Shown in pieces: positions 1-13,072 of a stretch of 64,000 nt of DNA. The notes under the pieces were generated by a model, which saw nothing but the letters and a program-made list of their open reading frames with translations, ran no database searches and was not told where the DNA came from. The first letter of the stretch is position 1, and every line of letters begins with the position of its first letter. Made by a program: the position numbers and the translations under genes. This DNA is from the human T2T-CHM13v2.0 reference genome, Homo sapiens: assembly GCF_009914755.1 (NCBI RefSeq), contig NC_060933.1; one strand, written 5' to 3'.

Positions 1-1509
1 AGCATATTTTAAGATTCAAGAAAGAAACTCAAATAACTCAAACCTAAGGCATAATATGAAATACGCTGTGAAAATGTTGCATATGATGTGCTTTGGGAAC
101 ATAGAGCAGGATATTGAGAAATGCCTTTTAGAGGTTGCTTTAGTTTTGGTGATTGCTTATTAATTTTTATTTCTAAGGTAATATCTTCTCATGAACAAGA
201 CTGATACTTATGGTATCTGGTGAAAAGCCTCCCTCTCATCTCTTTTTCCCATCATCTCCAGCCCCACCAACCCAAACAAGAAAGTCCCTTATGTTCTTTC
301 AGAGTTCCTTTCTACAAATCTAAGCCAAAAAAGAAAATGCTGATATAAGTATTCTTCCTTTTCTCCATTTTTTACTTTTTACTAAAAATGTAGTACATTA
401 TACATACTTTTCTGCACATGCTATTTGCACTTAACAGTATATGTTGGAGATCTTTGCATGTCAGTACACATAGAACTTTAGAGTTTGCTTTCCAGCTGGC
501 TCTTGAAAAGGAGGAATCTTATTTAAAAAAAAAATAGGGGAAGGTAATTTCAGAGGAATGACCTGGAAAGTTTGGAAAAGCAAGGTTATCCTGTTTATCT
601 GGCATACAGAGGAGGAGAAAGGGAGTCACTTGAGATAAAGCAGGTGGAGACACCTTAAGGGTGATGCAAATACCTTTGGAGGACATTGTTGGGTGAAAAA
701 GGATGTGATGGAGCATCAAAGTACTCTAGGAAAATCAGTATACAGTGGGGGACAGAAGATAGAGATAAGAAACAGGGAGATCATCTAGGAAGCTAACTAA
801 TCTAAATCTAAACCAGGCATGGTGGTGGAAAAAAAAAATGGCAGGAAAAGGATGTAAATCTTAGAGACATAGGGGAGATGTATTCCACAGCAGAAGTTGT
901 CTACCCTTTTTGTCCGGCTGTCACACATGATAAAGATCATTTGTACTATTCAATTCTGTGGGCCTATTTAGTGATATGTACATTTCCCAGCTTGCTGGGC
1001 TCACTTCTATCCATTCCTCTAGAAGAAAAAAAATCAGACTTTATATGAGTGAGAATGATGACTTATAGAGTTGATTTTGACTCCCCTCTATTTGATATAC
1101 TTGTCAAAAAGTAAATCATTTATAACTTTGGCATTTTATTATTAGCAATAGTAAATTATTTTGCAGCTGATTGACAGGGTAGTCTAACATGCCAACTTGG
1201 AACCACTGATTCCCAGAACTTGGTAACTAATCCTGAATAGGGTTTTAAAGAGGCCAGTGCAGGAGGAAGGAGCTGATACAAATCGGAGTGACTGGATGCT
1301 TGGGATGTAATTAATAAAGACTGAAAATGAAGCAGGAACATAGTTTTGTAACAGTGAAGGCAGAGAACAGCAGGTATAATCAGCTATGTGCCTTACATTA
1401 TATTTAGAAATCTAAACCTTAAAAAATGTTCAGAGTAAATATATGAATAAGCACATGGCCTGAGCCTCTTCATTTATTCTGTCTATTCCAGTAGACACCA
1501 GTGATTTAG

Positions 1510-1740
1510 AGGATGAGTCTAAAATCAGACAGCCTAGATTTGAGTGCTGTCTCTGCCACTTCTTAGATTTGTGACATTAGGCAAGTTACTTGACATTTCT
1601 GTGCCTCAATTTTCATGTCTGTCAAGTGGGAAAATTATAATACCTGATTCCTAAGTTAGCAGGAGGGAAAAAATGAACTACTTCATGAAAAGTGCTGAGA
1701 ACAGTCCCTGGCATATAATAAGAACTCCATTAATATTGTC
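1510..1740 (+). mobile_element. MIR SINE
   Basis: MIR core-like run ctctgccact...tgtgacattaggcaagttacttgacatttctgtgcctcaattttcatgtctgtcaagtggg and 3' cctggcatataataag; boundaries approximate. Confidence 0.75.
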
Positions 1741-3886
1741 ACTACTTATTAGATAAATATTTATTTAGTGTTTACCATTGACTGTACAACACATTATGCT
1801 CAGTGCCTAGCAAAGCACATTTATTTCCACCCTCACGGAGTACAGAGAGGAATGATGAGCTTTAAGACAGGAAACACTGCCAGTAGTCATGATTGCTCCT
1901 GAAGAGAAAGAAATGAGAGACATCTGTGTTACTGCACAGGAAGCTCTCTGATAAGTTAATGTGTGCAAAGATGAGTAAAGAGTTAAAACATATAAAGATG
2001 CATGTGTAGAAGGAGGGAAGAAGTGCATATCATAAAGACAGGTATAGAAACAATACTTCAGGACAACTAAAGTCCAGAATGAGATGAGAATTGCAAAACT
2101 TGCAAACAACTGAAAGAGCCTTTCCTGGTGTTTTCAGAGCAAAAAAAAACCTGATCAAGTAGAAAAGAGACACCAAAGCCAGACAAGATGCCGCAAGAAA
2201 AGAACTACAGAGCAATACCCTTAATGAATACAGATGCAAAAATCCCCAACAAAACACTAGCAAATTAAACCTAGCAGCACATTAAAAGTATGTTTCATTC
2301 CATGACCAACTGGGATCTAACCCAGGAATGCAAGGGTGGTTCTATATAAAGTCAATCAATGTAATACAAAATGAGGGGAAAAAAAAATTCCTGCATTTCA
2401 ATAGATGTGGAGAAAGCATTTGACAAAATTCAACACTCTTTTGTGGAAAAAAAAATCTCTTAGCAAACTAAGTGCAAAAGAGAATTTCTATAGCATTTAT
2501 GAAAAATCCATAGTTAACATACTTGATAGTAAAAGACTAAAATATTTTTCTCTAAGATCAGGAACAAGACAAGAATGTTCATTTTTACCACTACTCCTCA
2601 ATATTTTACTGAAAGTTCTAGCCAGGGCAATTAGGTTGGAGAAGAAATAAAAACCATCCAAATTGGAAAGGAAGAAGTAAAACTATCTATTTTTAGATGA
2701 CATGATTCTATAAATAGGAAATCTCAAAGAATTCACAAAATAACTACTAGAGGTAATAAATGAATTCAGCAAAGTTGCAGGATACAAGAATAACACATAA
2801 AAATGAGTTGTGTTTCTGTATACCAGCAATGAACAATCCAAAAAGGAAATTATGAAAAGAATTCCATTTGCAATAACATCCAAAAGAATAAAACACCTAG
2901 AAATGGGAGGTAAAATTCTTCATAAAAACTATAAAGCATTGCCAAAAGAATTAAAGACCTAATTAAATAGAAAGACATTTCATGTTCATGAACTGGAGGA
3001 CTTAGTATTGTTAAAATGGCAGTATTCCCCAAAGAAATCTACAGGTTCAATGCAATCCCTACCAAAATTCCAATGGCCTTTTCACAGATATGGAAAAGCC
3101 AAACTTCAAATGCATGTAAAATTCCAAGGGGCCCTGAATAGCCAAAAGAATATTTTAAAAGAAAAATAAAGTTGGACAACTCACACTGCGCAATATCAAA
3201 ACTTACTACAGAGCTACGGTAATCAAAATAGTGTGGTACTGGCATAATGATAGACATACAGACCAATGAAATATAATTGAGAATCCAGAAATAAACCTAA
3301 ATATCTGTAGTCAATGATGCCAACAACATTCAACAGGGAGAGAGTAGTCTCTTCAACAAAAGGTGTTGGGACAACTGGAAAAGCACATGCCAAAGAATGA
3401 ATTTAGACTCTTCCTCACTCCATTACAAAAACTAACCCAAATAGGATAAATGGCTTAAATATAAGAGTGAAAACAATAAAGCTACTAGAAAAAAACATAC
3501 AAGTAAATCTTCATGACCTTGGATATGACAATGGATTCTTAGATTTGGCACCAAAAACACAAACAACACACAACAAAGAAGAGAAATAGATACACTAGAC
3601 TTTATAAAAGTTAAAACCTTTTGTGCATCAAAGGACATTATCAAAAACATGAAAACCTACAGGACAGGAGAAAATATTAGCAAATCATATATGTAAGAAG
3701 GGCTTAATACCCAAATATAAATGAAATCTACAGCTCTCAACAACAAAAGATGAACAACCCAATTTAAAAAGTGGACAAAGGATCTGAAGAGACTTTTCTC
3801 TAAAGAAGATATACAAATGGTCAATGACCATATGAAAAAATGTCCAACATCATTGATAATTAAGGAAGTGAAAATCAAAACCACAA

Positions 3887-4117
3887 AGTTTGAGATCAGT
3901 CTGGGCAACATGGTGAAACCCCATCCCTACAAAAAATACAAAAAGTAGCCAGGTATGGTGGCCTGTGCCTATAGTCCCAGCTTTTTGGGAGACTGGGGTG
4001 GGAGGATCACTTGAGCCCTGAAGGTTGAGGCTGCAGTGAGCCATGATTAAGCCACTGAGTTTCAGCCTGGGTGACAGAGTGAGACTCTGTCTCAAAAACA
4101 CAGAAAAGAAAAATAAA
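3887..4117 (+). mobile_element. 5'-truncated AluJ-type SINE
   Basis: gggaggatcacttgagcc...gaggctgcagtgagccatgat (AluJ-type right arm), A-rich tail, flanked by aaaccacaa repeat (TSD). Confidence 0.85.
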
Positions 4118-4709
4118 TCCCTTAAACCACAATGAGATACCACTTTATACCTACTAGAAAGGCTAAAAATAATCATACTATTAATAAATATGTAAATAAT
4201 TTAAAATAATAAAAACAAAAATGAAAATTAAAATATGTATAATTTTAAAAACAAAAAAGAAAATAATTGTTGGTGTAGATATGGAGGAATAGAAATGTTT
4301 TACATTGCTAGCAAGAATGTAAAATCATGCAGCCACTTTGAGAAAAAGTTTGAAGATTCCTCAAAAAGTTAAACATAATAATTACCATATGACCCAGCAA
4401 CTGCACTCCTACGTATATATGTAAGAGACATGAAAACATATGCCCACACAGCAACTTGTATATGAATGTCTATATTAGCGTTATTCATTAATAGGAAAAA
4501 ATGGAAACAACTCAGGTGTCCATAAAAGAATGACTGGATAAATAAATAGTGTTATATACATAAAATAGAATATGATTCAGCCATACAAATAGTGAAATAT
4601 TAAAACATTACATTGTAAACCATAAATATATACAATTTGTCATTTGTCAATTTAAAAATAAAGTAACTTTTAAAAATGATATATTGACATATGGCACAAC
4701 TTGGATGAA

Positions 4710-5217
<508 letters not shown>

Positions 5218-5419
5218 TTAGAGACATTATGCTAAATGAAAAAGGCCAGACACAAATGATCGTATATTGTGTAATTCCTTTCATATGATATATCCAGAAT
5301 AGTCAAATGCATGCAAACAGAAAGCAGATTAGAGGTTGCCAGGAGATAGGGGGAGGAGGGAGCAGGGAGGGATTACTGAATGGGTATGGGGCATTCTTCT
5401 GGGGTAATGAAAACATTTT

Positions 5420-5710
5420 TCCTTTTTTTGAGACAGGATCTTGCTCTGACATCTAGGCTGAGTGCAGTGATATGAGCATGGCTCACTGCAGCCTTGACCT
5501 CCCAGGATCAAGCAATCCTCCCACCTCAGCCTCTAGAGTAGTTGGGACTAAAGGCATGCACTATCATGCCCGTCTATTTCTTTATTTTTTGTAGAGCTGG
5601 GATCTCACTATGTTGCTCAAGGTGGTCTCAAGCTCCTGGACAGAAGCAGATCCTCCTGCCTTGGCCTCCCAAAGTGTTGGGATTACAGGCGTGAGCCACC
5701 ACGCCTGGTC
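5420..5710 (-). mobile_element. AluJ-type SINE
   Basis: Full dimer in reverse with poly-T; TSD atgaaaacatttt (5407) / atgaaaagatttt (5711). Confidence 0.9.
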
Positions 5711-5999
5711 ATGAAAAGATTTTGAAACTAGAGAGTGGTGGTGCTGCACACTATTGTGAATGTATAAATGCCACTGAATCATACGCTTAATTCAGTGTAT
5801 TAAATTATTAATCATATGTCATGTGAATTCACCTCAATTTAAAAGAAAGAAGAAAATAAAAAAGGAGGAGATTTTGGGAGGGAGGGAGAGACAAGACCCC
5901 TGCCTGGCTGCAAATAATGTTGAGTTAACAAGGAGTGAAGAGCTGCCAGGCCTCTTCAATTGTAAAGCATAAAGCAGACTTTTTTTTTAAGAGAGAATT

Positions 6000-6430
6000 G
6001 GAGACCAATTATAAGACATTGCCTAGTTTCTTGAATTTAGTTCAAGTTGTCAAATGCAGGTGAATTACCTCTGTAGGGAGTAAAGGAATTGTCTAATGTG
6101 ATTGTGGGACCACTGTTTGTCATCTTTGAGAAATCACAGACAATGAGAAAGGTGGTAGGGCAGTGGATATGGACAATAGAAAATTTTTTCACAGAGGGGA
6201 AAACACTTTCTGAATTAGGGGAATGCTATAGAAATGAGGAAGCTAAATTTATCAAGGCATCAAAGATTTTCTTGCTAACAAAATGGAAAATGTGCACTCT
6301 AATAATAGTAGGTTTAGCTAGTTTAATTGCTGGCTAAATAATTGCTAGTTTAATTGCTTGTTGAATATCCAAGGAGTATTGATTAATGGATGGACACCAA
6401 TCTGGAAGGAGACCTTGATAATTACATTCT
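6000..6430 (+). mobile_element. L3/CR1 LINE ORF2 fragment
   Basis: ORF 6089-6337 LSNVIVGPLFVIFEKSQTMRKVVGQW..FFTEGK resembles CR1 RT LADVIAxPLSIIFEKSWRTGEVPEDW..PIFKKG; downstream caaggagtattgattaatgga ~ QRVLING. Confidence 0.65.
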
Positions 6431-6789
6431 AGGGCCTTATTCTATTGCCTATACCAACTCAACTTACTACTTAAACTTAGGTTCACAGTGTACAGAATCA
6501 TAGTAAGAGATCTCGTGGCAAGAATAAAAGTAAAGTTTTTGGTTAGTTTATAAAAAACTATCAATGCAATTACAAATAAAAATGATTTAACTTGATAACT
6601 TTTCTTGTGAGAAACTTGATCAACAAAGTAAATGCAAGATGCTTTTATTCCTCAATATTGAGTGTCTGCTATTTTTTAGGCACTCTGCTAGCTACTGAAC
6701 TCATAAGATATGGTCCCTCCAGGAGCCTATAGTTAAGTAAGAAAGCATAACTCAGAGCAGACTAGCTATTGTAAAACCATCCTAGATAT

Positions 6790-7110
6790 TTTAGCCGTTA
6801 GTTTCTTGCTCAAGTCCCAGTATAACATACGTCAGCAGTAAGGGACACTCTCTCAATCAGGCTTTTAAGGACCAAGACTTTGTTTTTATGGCTTCACCAT
6901 CCTTAGAACCTTGGAGCCCTTCACTCTCTCCACATCTGGTCAGCAGACAAAGGAAGAGAGAGAATGTGGAAGATGCCACCATCTCCTGCTTGTCCCATCT
7001 CATCAACATATGATCTTATCTAACTGAAAAAGCCTGGGAGGTATAGTCCCCCACTGTGCCCAGGAGGAAGAAGGAAAATATGTTTGAGTAGCAACTAGCT
7101 CATTTCTAAC
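6790..7110. mobile_element. Degraded MLT1-type MaLR LTR
   Basis: Characteristic end ...ctgggaggtatagtccc...tgtgcccaggaggaagaaggaaa...gagtagcaactagc; highly diverged. Confidence 0.45.
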
Positions 7111-7164
7111 CCAACAGGAAGAACAGAAACATAAAAAGACACTTACAGAACGACATAGTAAATA

Positions 7165-7270
7165 TTAGGTTAGTGCAAAAGTAATTGCGGTTTTGTCATT
7201 AAAAGTAATTTAAAAGTAATTTGCCATTAAAAGTAATGGCAAAACTGCAATTACTTTTGCACCAACATAA
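7165..7270. mobile_element. MADE1 (Hsmar1 MITE), internally expanded
   Basis: TIRs ttaggttagtgcaaaagtaattgcggtttt / aaaactgcaattacttttgcaccaacataa, TA on both sides; 106 bp versus the usual ~80. Confidence 0.9.
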
Positions 7271-8599
7271 TACCATCAGTATTACAAAGATACAGGAGGT
7301 GCTAAAACACCAAAAAGGATTATATTGAAGGAGCCTGGATTGGAGAGGTCAACGATTTTCAAAGAAGGTGATACCTGAGCCAAGTCTATGAGAAGGATTT
7401 AGTACAGGGGTTAATCTGACAAACAGGAGAGGGTTTTGAAAGAGAGACAAACCCAGAAAATGCAAATGAAAGAATTTGGAGGGACTCTGAGCTTAAGGGA
7501 GAGCACTTGCGGTCTGCCAGGGGATGGGGCGTGGCTGTCCTGGCATTCATGTTAATCTCTGGCATTTGAGACAAATGACTTGGCTTGAGTAGGAAGAGAG
7601 TATCTTATTTTGTTCCACCGTCTAGTTCGCAGAACTCCTTTATAGGGGCAGCCATCAGAAAATGGCCCATTTTTGTACTGTGCCTTACCTTGTAAAGCAC
7701 CATATAACCTCTTCCAAAGCATATCTTCGTGGGCCTCAGTAGAACTGTTCCACCAGCCAAAGCTGTGAAGACAACTTGATACAAACTGGACATTATGTTC
7801 TATTTACGTTAGTGGGTTTCCACTGCCTTCCCTAAGAAGCAAGCCATGGAGATGTGATTTACATCTCAATTGTAACAGCTATCTTATCTGTGAGAAAAAC
7901 GCATCTGAAAGAGGGAGATTCTGCACTATCTTGGATCCAAGATTTCCATTTTCAGAAAACTTGAAACAAATGACCGAAACGGAGATGTGGCTGCCCCCAA
8001 GCCAGGGAGAGCAAGCAAGGGCCAGCAGGAGCTCTTCCCAGCTAGCTATAGTGGCCTAAGCAGCTCTGTTTCAGGCATAGGGGTCTTAGTGGAAAGCACA
8101 AACCCCAAAGCAATTTCATTATCTTCAAACTCTTAGACAAGGGGAGACCAACATGAGCAGGTTTGGGCTGTTCTCATGCTGGGGTGGTCTTTCTGGCAGC
8201 CAGCACCACAGGAACAAGTTTCCCTAGCCCTTGGTTCTGGGGTCCTTCCTTGGTTTTCTGCCCTTGGTCACTAGGCTAGCTGCAAAATATAAAGATGCTC
8301 TAAAGAACCAAGAGAAGCTAGCCAGCTTCAAGGGGATGTTTAGGCCCTAATTTCAGCATCCCACTGGTTCCCAAATGGAAAACAAGGATCCTAGCTTCCA
8401 AAGTGAGCTCAAACCTTTCATGTCTCAAAAACTGGAATGATGATACTCAGCTGCGTGTCAAAATAAAACATAAATAGTATTTTATTTTTACATAGCAGGG
8501 ACTATAAAACTAGATGCTTAAAGCACAAACCAAACATCACACACAGAAATCATCAAGATTCAGGTTCCAGCTTTGTTCTTTTGCCCTAACAAGGGAGGC

Positions 8600-8826
8600 A
8601 CAGTGCAGTGAAAATTGTAAACATTTTGATGTCAAAGTGATCTGTGTTCAAGTCCAGGTCTTTTAAGATGTGTGACATTGGGCCAGTGACTCAATTTCCC
8701 CCAATTTTGATTTCCCTATCTATAAAATGAAATGAGTATTCTTACTTCATTGTGAGAATTAACTTAGAACACTGCTGTAGCATGTCTAGTTCAGGAATGG
8801 TATATAGTAAGTGCTCAATAAATATT
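8600..8826 (+). mobile_element. MIR SINE
   Basis: gtgttcaagtccagg...tgtgtgacattgggccagtgactcaat...ctatctataaaatg...tagtaagtgctcaataaatatt. Confidence 0.7.
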
Positions 8827-11800
8827 ATTCTATTCTTTTGCTTTCCCTGTAAACCTTTGGCTTTCTTCTATGCTTCAATTGTGGGAAACCCCCAAGCCTT
8901 TGTCTTGCTGGCATCTCAGACTCAGTAGGTCTCAAGATGAGTCATTTCCTTTACCTCTAAACCAGCTCTCTGTTGCTCTGTTTCAACTTCCATTTTAAAC
9001 AGCACCACCATTTTTTCAATTAATAGACTCACCCCTATACTAGTCACCAGACCTCATCAGTCACCAAGTTTTATTGGTTTCCTTCTCTGATGTCTGAAAT
9101 AGCCTCATTACACCTTGCAAATCCATACTTTTAAAGTTATGGAAACATCACAAATGTCAAAGCAGCCATTGAGGAATTTAGAGTAGATGTCTACTTGGTG
9201 AAAGCAGGCTTTAAAGATTTATTTTAAGCCCACTGTTGCTAGAGGTGAGGCTCAGAACTGCTACAGAACTGAGGATCAGGACAGGAAGACAGTGGAGTGT
9301 AGGGATTCCCATAGAAACGAAGCCAGATAAATGGAACTTACATCAGAAGGAAATTTTCTTGTTTACTGAAAGCTGAGGGCTTCAGACTTTGATCAATCCA
9401 ATGATTCTTAGACATACTTTACCAAAGTTGAACCCACACTTTGCTTTGAGCCTTTTGCTTACTGGATTAAGGATTATTAATTTTTTTCCACCTTTTATCC
9501 CATTTAATATTTGAGAATGCTGAAGCCCAACAAGGCAAAATGATTTGTCCAAAGTTTTCCAGCAGGTTAGCCAAAAATGTGTTAGTTGCTCTATTTCTTC
9601 TCCTCTCAGAGCTTAGCTCTGTGCAAGCCAATCTGAAATAAATGGAACATCTTTGACTCCATTATCTTCTGAATATAAATGCTGACGTATGAATGTTGAT
9701 GCCCAGATTTGGATTAATTGTGGCTCCTACCTGATCATTGCAGGGCCTTGGCTGTCAGCACCCAGAATACTCTACTGGTTATTTCTGAGAGAACTAAGGA
9801 GAAAGAAGCAGCTCACACACGTGCAAGGACAAGTTCACTCATGCTTGCGTTAGACCTGACCAAACTACTTGCTGGGCATCTGGGAGAATTGTGGCCTGTC
9901 TACCAGTGCTGTGTGCTGCATGCACTCCTGCTGTTTCACTGGGCCCAGACCTTCTCCTCTGGAAGACTTGCTGAGTCCTCGGGGTGTCATGGCTGCTTTG
10001 AGACCTAGGCTAAGTATGGGTGGTGGTAAGAAAGTCCTTTTTTCCTTAACTCAATTTCACACTTGCTTACTTAGGGCCTGAACCAGTTTTGCTTATGCCC
10101 AAGGTCTTACACATCTTCCAAAAACTCTTCCAGGTTCTGGCCACACTTCTTCCTCCCTTCATCTTAACTGAAACAAATAAGCAATTAATCAAATAAATTT
10201 CTGTCCCCCAGGAAGAAGAGATACCATACCTCTCCTCCACTGGCATCATCTCTCCTCTAGTGCTCTTTGAAAAAAACAAACCAACAAAGCTTTTTTCCTT
10301 TTTCCAAATAAATACTTGGGCAAAGAGGTATCCCCAACTCCCACTTGGGACATGTCTATGATTCTAAGCTCCAACTTAGCCAGAATTCCTTATTATTTTG
10401 CAAAACTTCTGTGCGATGACAACCATGTGTATTAGTGGGTTCGTATTTGTCATGTTTCTGATGCTGAGACCAGTCGCTGGCTTATGCATAGTAGAGACTC
10501 AGTAAAGACATACCTTTTAGGAGAGGTCTCCTGGTGGCACCAGGCCTTGCAAAAGAATGCTATGATCTTTGCCAGTTTGATTCCACAGGGACCAGTCATG
10601 TAGACAACAGCAAAACCACGAGTCTGAGGCCACAGCCTACACTTTGCCCAACATATCTGTGTTTGGGTAGGGCTATAGGGGTGGGCAGTCATGTATGTAG
10701 GATACATATTCTTGAGACTCATTTTGGGTATGGGTTCCTCCAGGAAGCCTGCCCTGATTCCCAGTATGAGTTACGTGCACTCCGTAGCATTCCCATTGAA
10801 CACTTCACTTGTCTCCATCATAGTATTTTCCATTCTGTGCTATGATTATTATTTAATTATCCATAATTCTCCACTGGGCTATGAAGTGGCCTATTTTATT
10901 TGCTTTTGTAAACCTAGAAGCTGATATGAGACCTGGAACTTGAGGAGTTGGATGGCTTTTTATTGCTATGCAAAAACATAAATAAAGAAAATTAAAGCTC
11001 TCAACATGGATTATACATCCCCCACCTCTTACCCCTGTCTGCTTCTCCAGCTTTATCTTCCTCTTTGCTCATTTCTCAAAGCTCAAGTACATTGGCTTCT
11101 TTCAGATCCTTAAATATGCTATGTTCCCTCCTGCTAAAGGAAGTTTTCCTACTTTGGCCCTCATAATCTAAGCTCTCAGTTCATATTCCACTTTCTTAAG
11201 AAAGGCTTCTCTGCTTCTGCCTTACTCTAATGCGTGCAACACCCATCACCTCCTACCTCACTCTTTCCATTCCAGGTCCAGATTAGGTTCCTTTGTTATG
11301 AGAGCTCACAGAATCATGTTCTGTGTCTTCCAAGCACTCACCTTGTAACTACACTCATGGCTGTGCTTTGTGATGAATCTTCCTGCCCACACCTCTTATT
11401 ACATTTTGATTCCCCAAGAAAAGGGAATTGTATAGTATATTCCAAATGATCAGCACAGTGCCTGACATACAAACTGTGACAAATTAATATTGTAGAATAA
11501 ATAAAATGTTTGCTGCATGGGTAAATGAATGAATTAATGAATTCAGATAAATTATGCCAGGCCACTGAAGGCAGAGAGAAGACTGTTAGAGCTCAAAATA
11601 CCTCAGTTTTTATTGTATTATTTTGTTAAATTTAGATAAGTGGCCTTTTTATGAGCTCCAATAGCAAATTTGCTTAACGATTTCAGGTGCACCATGAAAA
11701 TATTTATGAAATGTATTTTCCAGGATGAGAAAATAAAACTAGGGTTAATTTTTAAATTAATAACATGACTAAGGCAAAACCCTAATACAGTTGCTATATA

Positions 11801-12047
11801 CTTATACATGTATTTAACCAGTATGCAGGTAGAATTAGTGATGTATTCATGATTTTCAAATGCTTCCTACTGGCATATGCGGATAATCTGAAAGAACATT
11901 TAATAGGATATACTTAAACTACTAAGATACTTAAAATAATTACACTTTTAGAAGAAAGCCACAGAGATATTTGAGGAGCCAGTTCAAAGGACTTACAACT
12001 TGGTGATTATATTGGCAGAGCTAATGTTTTATAATTAAAGCAGAATA

Positions 12048-12387
12048 CAGTCATGCCTCATATCCATGGGGGATTGATTGGTTCTAGGACCCCCTTGGAT
12101 ACCAAAATCCATGGATGCTCAAGTCTCTGATATTAAATGGTGTAGTATTTGCACTTAACTTACTCACATCCTCCTGGATACTTTAAGTCATCTCTAGAAT
12201 ACTGTAATTTAACCTAATACAATGTAAATGCTCTATGTATAGTTGTTATACTGTATTGTTTAGGTAGTAATAAAATCTGTACATATTCAGTACAGACACA
12301 ATCATTTATTATTTTTTCCCAAATATTTTTGATGTGAGTTTGTTTGAATCCAAACAATGCAGAACCACAGATACAGAGGGCCGACTG
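12048..12387 (+). mobile_element. MER2 (TcMar-Tigger non-autonomous)
   Basis: TA-cagtcatgcctcatatccatggggg ... ccacagatacagagggccgactg-TA inverted ends; internal ggataccaaaatccatggatgctcaagtc. Confidence 0.85.
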
Positions 12388-12654
12388 TACTTGTATTTAA
12401 CACAACAAAGGTATTTATTATCTGGGGGAAGCTCATAATTTGTCAAGAAGGACATAGACTTTAGTGTCATCCAAACCCAGATTTGCATCCTGATTTCACT
12501 GCTCTCCAGCTGCGTAAAGTTGGGTAAGACAGCCATATTGGCTTTCTTTCTTTTCCTTGAAATTCACAAGTCCCTCTTGCTTCAAGGATTTTGCCTTTGG
12601 CTGGGTCTTTCTCATCCTTCAGATTTCAGATCATATTTTTTTTCTCTGAGAAAA

Positions 12655-13072
12655 GGCTGTTTTCAGTTCCTTGGGCAGCTGATTCTGACATGCTGATGTG
12701 TTTGCAGAAAGTTGATTGGGAAATGCCCTTGGGAATAATACTTGTGAAAGAGTAAGGGAAGTAGGATTGGGCAGAGAGAGAAGTTGAGCTTTGATGTACT
12801 CACAACAGAGGCCTCAGCCAATCTCACAGGGAGCTCAGGAGTGGGATAGGCTTTCAGAATTGTCCTGTATTTGGCATCCAGTGTCCTATCAACCAGGCAT
12901 CAGATGCAAGCTGCCCCCTGGGAATGGGGAGTCACGGGAGTGAAGTAGCTTCCTTCAGCCAAGGACAATTCCCAGAGTGATTCAGCTGTGAGCCCATGGA
13001 AGCCAACATTGCAGCAGCTGGGACCTCAAGTCCTGAAGGGGATCAGGGTGATGCAGCACAGCATCTGCTAGA
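12655..13072. mobile_element. LTR16-family (ERVL) solo LTR, old
   Basis: ggattgggcagagagagaagttgagct...gcctcagccaatctcacagggagctc...cagcacagcatctgcta pattern typical of LTR16. Confidence 0.6.

Noticed and set aside
6317-6358. gctagtttaattgct repeated twice
   Set aside because: Short local slippage duplication inside an L3 fossil; unremarkable.
7637-7646. Perfect CArG box CCTTTATAGG
   Set aside because: A single 10-mer is expected by chance in 64 kb; no supporting context visible.
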